DNA of 64,000 nucleotides from Longimicrobiales bacterium (GTDB lineage: Bacteria > Gemmatimonadota > Gemmatimonadetes > Longimicrobiales > Gaopeijiaceae): assembly GCA_965203485.1 (NCBI GenBank), contig OZ241892.1:32001-96000 (forward strand), written 5' to 3'. Of this stretch, positions 60,301 to 64,000 are shown piece by piece. Under the pieces are notes generated by a model. The model had not been told where the DNA came from, made no database searches, and worked only from the letters and a program-made list of their open reading frames with translations. Position 1 is the stretch's first letter. Each line of letters opens with the position of its first letter. A program made the translations under genes and the position numbers.

Positions 60301-63300
60301 GCCAACCCGAGCCGCATACGACCGCCGCGAAGTCGCACGCCCCACTTGGTTCGGGCGCCTCTACCGCGACATGAAGGTCCGCCGCATCGTCGCCGCCGAG
60401 CACACGGCCCTGTTGCCGCGCGAACAGCGCGAGCGCCTGGAAAAGCGGTTCGCGACGAAAGGCCACCGTCCCTGGCACCCCAACGTCCTGTCGGCGACGC
60501 CCACGCTGGAGCTGGGAATCGACATCGGCGACCTGTCCACGGTCATGCTGTGCTCGGTCCCCCCGGAGCCCGCCAACTACATGCAGCGGACGGGCCGAGC
60601 GGGACGGCGCGACGGCAACGCCTTCAACTTGTCCCTGGCGACCGGACAGCCGCACGACCTCTACTACTACGAGCGGCCCTTGGACATGCTGGCCGGCAAG
60701 GTCGATCCGCCCGGCGTCTTCCTGAACGCGACCGCCGTGCTGGAACGGCAGATGATCGCGTACTGCCTGGACAGCTGGGTGGCCTCGGGCGTGGACGAGC
60801 GGGCCGTGCCCATGACGATGCGCGAGGTGCTCGCCAACGTGGAACGGAGGCGGCTGTCCCGGTTCCCGTATCCGTTCTTCGACTTCGTGGGCGAACATGC
60901 CCGCGAGCTTGCCGCGTCGTTCTTGGCGGCGTTCGACAAGGACCTGAGCGAAGACAACAAGAGGATGCTATCGGAGTTCATGCTCGGCGACGACGCAATA
61001 GCCGACACCGGCTCGCGGCTCCACCGCCAGCCGCTGGTTCACCGCCTTCTCGATCGCTTCGCCGAGGTGGCTAGGGAGCGCAAGTCGATTCGCCGCGAGG
61101 CGCAGGCGTTGCAGAGGCGCGCCGAGGCGTTGAGCCGGGGTCCGCAGGACGAGAGCGTCCAGGCCGAGATCGACGAGATCGTCGCCGAGCGGCGCGGGCT
61201 TCAAGGCGTCCTGCGCAAGATCAATGGTCGGGAGACGTACAACTTCCTCACGGACGAGGGCTTGGTTCCCAACTACGCCTTCCCGGAGAAGGGCGTCATG
61301 CTCCGCTCGGTGATCCTGCGAAAGGGCGACGCGACCGCCGGGAGCGACGGCAAGGCGGACCAGCGGTTCGACCACGAGGTGTTCGAGTACGAACGGCCGG
61401 CGGCGGCCGCATTGAGCGAGCTAGCTCCGGAGAACAGCTTCTACGCCGGCGCGCGCAGAGTGCAGATAGACCGCGTGGACTTGGAGACGTCGAAGCTGGA
61501 GCAGTGGAGGCTGTGCCCGGCTTGCGTCTACTGCGAGCGCGTGGACTCGGTGGACGAACACGCGGCGTGCCCTCGTTGCGGCGAATCCCGATGGGGCGAC
61601 GTGGGGCAACGCAGGGAGATGCTTCCGTTGCGCATGGTGCACGCCACGACGCAAGACAGGAGGAGCCGCATCGGCGACGAGAGCGACCAGCGGCAGCCGA
61701 AGTTCTACGCCCGTCACCTGGTGGCCGACTTCGATCCCGACGCGGCCCGGACCGCCTTCGTCGCCACAGGGACCCCGTTCGGCTTCGAGTACATCCCGTC
61801 GGCGACCTTCCGGGAGATGAACTTCGGCCACCGCTCGGACCAGACCGAGCCGACGCTGGTGGCCGGCCTGCAGCTTCCCCGGGGTGGTTTCCGCATCTGC
61901 ACGCGATGCGGCAAGGTGCAGCCGCCGTCCGCGGACAACGACGCGACGGTGCACACACGAACCTGCCCGCTGGCGCGACGGCGAGCAGGCGGTTCGGGCG
62001 CCGACGCAACCGCCGAGTGCATCTACCTGTACCGGGAGTTCGAGTCGGAGGCGATTCGGATGCTTGTGCCCGGGGTCGGCGGAGCGGGGGCGGACTTGTA
62101 CATGCACTCGTTCGTGGCTGCGCTGGATCTGGGTCTTCGGCGCAAGTTCGGCGGCGAGATCGGACACCTGCGCACCATGGAGTGCGAGTATCCGATTCCA
62201 CAAACAAGTCGAAGGCGCAAGTACCTGCTGTTGTGCGACACCGTGCCAGGCGGCACCGGCTACCTGAAGGACCGCATGACCGATCCCGACAAGTTGCGCT
62301 CGATCTTCGATGCGGCCCACGCCGGGTTGCGCGAGTGCGCCTGCGTCCAAGACCCGGAGAAGGACGGTTGCTACCGTTGCGTCTTCGCCTACCGCAGGAG
62401 CCGCGACATGCCCACCACGTCGCGCAAAGTGGCCGAACGGCTGGTGGCGGCGACTCTGAAGCGGTGGTCGGAGCTGGAGGTCGTGAAGGGGCTGACCGGC
62501 GTTGCCGCCAACGTCCTGACCGAGAGCGAACTGGAGGAGAGGTTCGTCGAGGCGTTGCGACAGCGGGCCGCGGACTCGTCGGTCGAGATTCGCAGTGCGC
62601 AGGTGCGGGGCAAGCCCGGCTACGCCCTTTCGGTCGGGGGCAACAAGTATCGCGTGGAACCGCAGGCCGACTTCGACATCGCCGACGGCGTGGCCGTTCC
62701 CAGCAGGCCCGACTTTGCGATCTGGCCGGATTGGCGGCCGAGCGCCGGGCCGTCGGAGGGCGCGGGATTGCCGCAAGACGCCCCCGCCGTCGCCGTCTTC
62801 CTCGACGGCTTCGAGCACCATCGGGACCAGACCGGCAAAGACTCGGCGAAGCGGATGAGCTTGGCTCGGGCGGGGCGCCTGGTGTGGTCGCTGACGTGGG
62901 ACGACCTGGAGGGCGCCTTCGGGGGCGTGCCCCGCGCACCGAACTTCTTGGCGGACCATGGCACGACCCAGACCGCCGTCCAAGAGGCCCTGAGCGAGCG
63001 CTGGGACGCGCAGTGGGACACGCGGAAGCTGCGCTCGCGGCTGACGGCGCCCTCGTTCGACATGCTCCTGCACTACCTGGCCAACCCCAATCCCGCAAAG
63101 TGGCGCCGAGCCGTCTTCGTCAAGCTGCTCGGAGTCTTCGACCAGGAGCAGATGACAAGTTCCGCGTTGCGCGCCCGCTTCGACGCCGCCGCCAGCGACG
63201 CCTTGCCCGGCCAAGCGCTCGATGCCGTCGCCGACCTTGCCCAGCCCGTCGTGGTCGGCGGCTTCGGACCGTGGGTCTCGGGGGCGGCCAGCGGCAAGCG

Positions 63301-64000
63301 CACCGCAACCGATCGTGACGCCGCGACGCCCGGAGGTCCTCGGCCGACCGCCTCTCTCTTCGCCGCGTTGCCCCTCGCCGCCGTCCAGGAGCCGGACCCC
63401 GCCGGCGTTGTCGCAGTCGTCCACTTCGACGACGGGGGCGCGGACGCCAGCGACGGAGCCGGGGCCAGCACCGACTCCAAAGAGAAGCAGTACCGTAGCG
63501 ACTGGAACGGCGTCCTGCGTCTCTACAACATTCTCCAGTTCCTGCCCCAGGCCTGGTGGACCACGCGAACAGGCGTTTCCGGCGGCCTCTACCCCGAGTT
63601 CGCGCCGACCGACGCGCTTCATGGCCGCGCCGCGGAGCCTGCGGGGAACGATGCCCACGTTGTCCGGGACGCCGAGTCCGGTCAGGACGACGCTCACCGC
63701 TTCGTCGCCCCGCAACTCCAGCCCCGGCTCCGCCAGCTTGCCCGCCGCGATCTGCCTGCTCCCGAATCCGGCCACGAGCTGGCCGACGGCACCGGGAAAG
63801 TCGTGGCCCACGCGGAACTGGCTTGGCCCGGTCGGCAGGTCGCGGTGTTGCTCCCGAACCAGGAACATCACAGGATGCACTACGAGAGATCGGGCTGGCA
63901 CGTCTTGACAGCGGGGCCGGACGGACTGGCCGGCGCCCTCGTCGACACGCTCGCCCAAGCCCTCGCCGGCCCCCCACCGTCCATGAAAGGCGCGCCACGA
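57347..64000 (+). CDS. Giant YprA-like DEAD/DEAH helicase with DUF1998 and C-terminal nuclease domain (>=2218 aa, runs off window)
   Basis: Manual translation from ATG 57347 (MIPSVVASEA): ATGTGSGKTECF, YPMNALASDQ, LTNYKMLDYL, VDELHTFDGAQG, TSATL, AFSDNVQDAAHRAG, AEHTA, ATPTLELGIDIGDL, QRTGRAGRR, LVPNYAFPE, DTVPGGTGYL..CAC..DGCYRC, RPDF..VFLDGFEHH, AELAWP. No ORF in this frame appears in the track, consistent with no stop before base 64000. Confidence 0.92.
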   Translation, partial: MIPSVVASEALDALHDFLKTGFGPSNPELSGVVDDFLADPDNLAKGPYLSISLPFEHATEGGEPFPRIPLGFTPYKHQRAAMERLSPDAGCSTVIATGTGSGKTECFLYPVLEHCRRQTGKPGVKAVVVYPMNALASDQARRVARIVHGTPSLRGRVTAGLFIGQAVGSPRDRMGAHAAITDRSAMRERPPDILLTNYKMLDYLMIRPRDRRLWRHNDPDTLRYLVVDELHTFDGAQGTDLACLIRRLRMRLGTSAGKLVCAGTSATLGGDPREYASRIFDQEFDADSIVGETRQTIDAFLGDALIRRHLLPTQDLAKVVDPRRHDTAEAYLRAQHELFLGAPIDGDFEAAEWRVALGEGLRQHVVFVNLLRALDGRPQPLPELAKRLQGSLPVSNDKEALGVLNGLCALISASRRRRASSDNGGNDEPLPFLHVGVHLWVRELRRMVCGLGSHSDVGGKNESRFRLRHSGDLKAGEPFVHLPLVQCRECHVTGWVTKLLAAGGSRPKVLSHRVMDGLQDIYGAFFGGDVDTVFLFPRDRGADPGKSVHPDKSVHSLVCGTCGVLANDESNDVCACPGNALVEVVRPVVVTQRGRSSARAKSRLSKDCPYCNARDAMVVLGARAASLLAVALNQTVSSRHNDDPKVIAFSDNVQDAAHRAGYVSVRTWSANMRAAIAQTVAANDGSSLEELSEQVAARWRNHWRNGGDDDDTPDLARFVGEFIAPDRRWLNDFRELEETGRLPRNSNLPTLVERRMRWNTFAEFGQRSAIGRTLENTRTAAVGVDRATLDEVCETATARLREELEGMRTAPDDLARPLVLGIVRRMKDRGAILTDLVTSYLAKGGNPFVLRYDLALPDLGTDRSAVPVFPGTKATGKSGVEALLGSGGKGKSWYQNWTRKVLDHAGLALAVHDSDVVLGIVFRAMDVTGLVRKADIGKGQHAWGLVPDRLYVSTEVAEMRSGAGRPLVVPRREAKLWRGVPSLDLPTRAAYDRREVARPTWFGRLYRDMKVRRIVAAEHTALLPREQRERLEKRFATKGHRPWHPNVLSATPTLELGIDIGDLSTVMLCSVPPEPANYMQRTGRAGRRDGNAFNLSLATGQPHDLYYYERPLDMLAGKVDPPGVFLNATAVLERQMIAYCLDSWVASGVDERAVPMTMREVLANVERRRLSRFPYPFFDFVGEHARELAASFLAAFDKDLSEDNKRMLSEFMLGDDAIADTGSRLHRQPLVHRLLDRFAEVARERKSIRREAQALQRRAEALSRGPQDESVQAEIDEIVAERRGLQGVLRKINGRETYNFLTDEGLVPNYAFPEKGVMLRSVILRKGDATAGSDGKADQRFDHEVFEYERPAAAALSELAPENSFYAGARRVQIDRVDLETSKLEQWRLCPACVYCERVDSVDEHAACPRCGESRWGDVGQRREMLPLRMVHATTQDRRSRIGDESDQRQPKFYARHLVADFDPDAARTAFVATGTPFGFEYIPSATFREMNFGHRSDQTEPTLVAGLQLPRGGFRICTRCGKVQPPSADNDATVHTRTCPLARRRAGGSGADATAECIYLYREFESEAIRMLVPGVGGAGADLYMHSFVAALDLGLRRKFGGEIGHLRTMECEYPIPQTSRRRKYLLLCDTVPGGTGYLKDRMTDPDKLRSIFDAAHAGLRECACVQDPEKDGCYRCVFAYRRSRDMPTTSRKVAERLVAATLKRWSELEVVKGLTGVAANVLTESELEERFVEALRQRAADSSVEIRSAQVRGKPGYALSVGGNKYRVEPQADFDIADGVAVPSRPDFAIWPDWRPSAGPSEGAGLPQDAPAVAVFLDGFEHHRDQTGKDSAKRMSLARAGRLVWSLTWDDLEGAFGGVPRAPNFLADHGTTQTAVQEALSERWDAQWDTRKLRSRLTAPSFDMLLHYLANPNPAKWRRAVFVKLLGVFDQEQMTSSALRARFDAAASDALPGQALDAVADLAQPVVVGGFGPWVSGAASGKRTATDRDAATPGGPRPTASLFAALPLAAVQEPDPAGVVAVVHFDDGGADASDGAGASTDSKEKQYRSDWNGVLRLYNILQFLPQAWWTTRTGVSGGLYPEFAPTDALHGRAAEPAGNDAHVVRDAESGQDDAHRFVAPQLQPRLRQLARRDLPAPESGHELADGTGKVVAHAELAWPGRQVAVLLPNQEHHRMHYERSGWHVLTAGPDGLAGALVDTLAQALAGPPPSMKGAPR

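Noticed and set aside
57314..63998. Many ORF-track entries in the last 7 kb
   Set aside because: All are off-frame or antisense to the single helicase ORF starting at 57347.
33425..64000. Calling it canonical DISARM, Druantia or BREX
   Set aside because: No separate DrmA/DrmB/DrmC, no other Dru genes, and no PglZ or BrxC are visible in the window.
1..64000. tRNA, rRNA or riboswitch genes
   Set aside because: None recognised by eye. A covariance-model scan would be needed to exclude them.

Overview
High-GC bacterial DNA. Gene content (DUF2723, VPS10-type glycosyl hydrolase, paralogous secreted beta-propellers, tandem RpoD-family sigma factors beside rsgA) suggests Gemmatimonadota, which is an inference only. 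The left half (1-33.4 kb) is housekeeping and metabolic: acyl-CoA dehydrogenase, heme A synthase, E1-alpha, M20 dipeptidase, trpE, hydantoinase, a degenerate SbcD-SbcC fusion, rsgA, two sigma factors, HD hydrolase, UvrC-like nuclease, amidohydrolase, Na+/proline symporter and fumC. The right half (33.4-64 kb) is a defence island. Its three co-oriented core genes are a SNF2 helicase, a 1713-aa N6-adenine DNA methyltransferase and a YprA/DUF1998 helicase-nuclease of at least 2218 aa. The last is absent from the ORF track because it runs off the window. This DISARM-related core is split by two cargo blocks. Block 1 (about 6.9 kb) is bounded by a 31-bp direct repeat identical to the 5' end of the methyltransferase gene. 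It carries two beta-propellers, an RNase Z fragment, a duplicated nucleotidyltransferase-remnant/Fic module, a protease remnant and a DUF2806-like gene. Block 2 carries an NDT/TIR-like gene, an IS5 fragment, an XRE HTH, a Hachiman-like pair, Phd-VapC and an AAA ATPase. A conserved non-coding GGACA-array motif recurs at three intergenic sites in the island. All family assignments are from motif recognition, not database searches.
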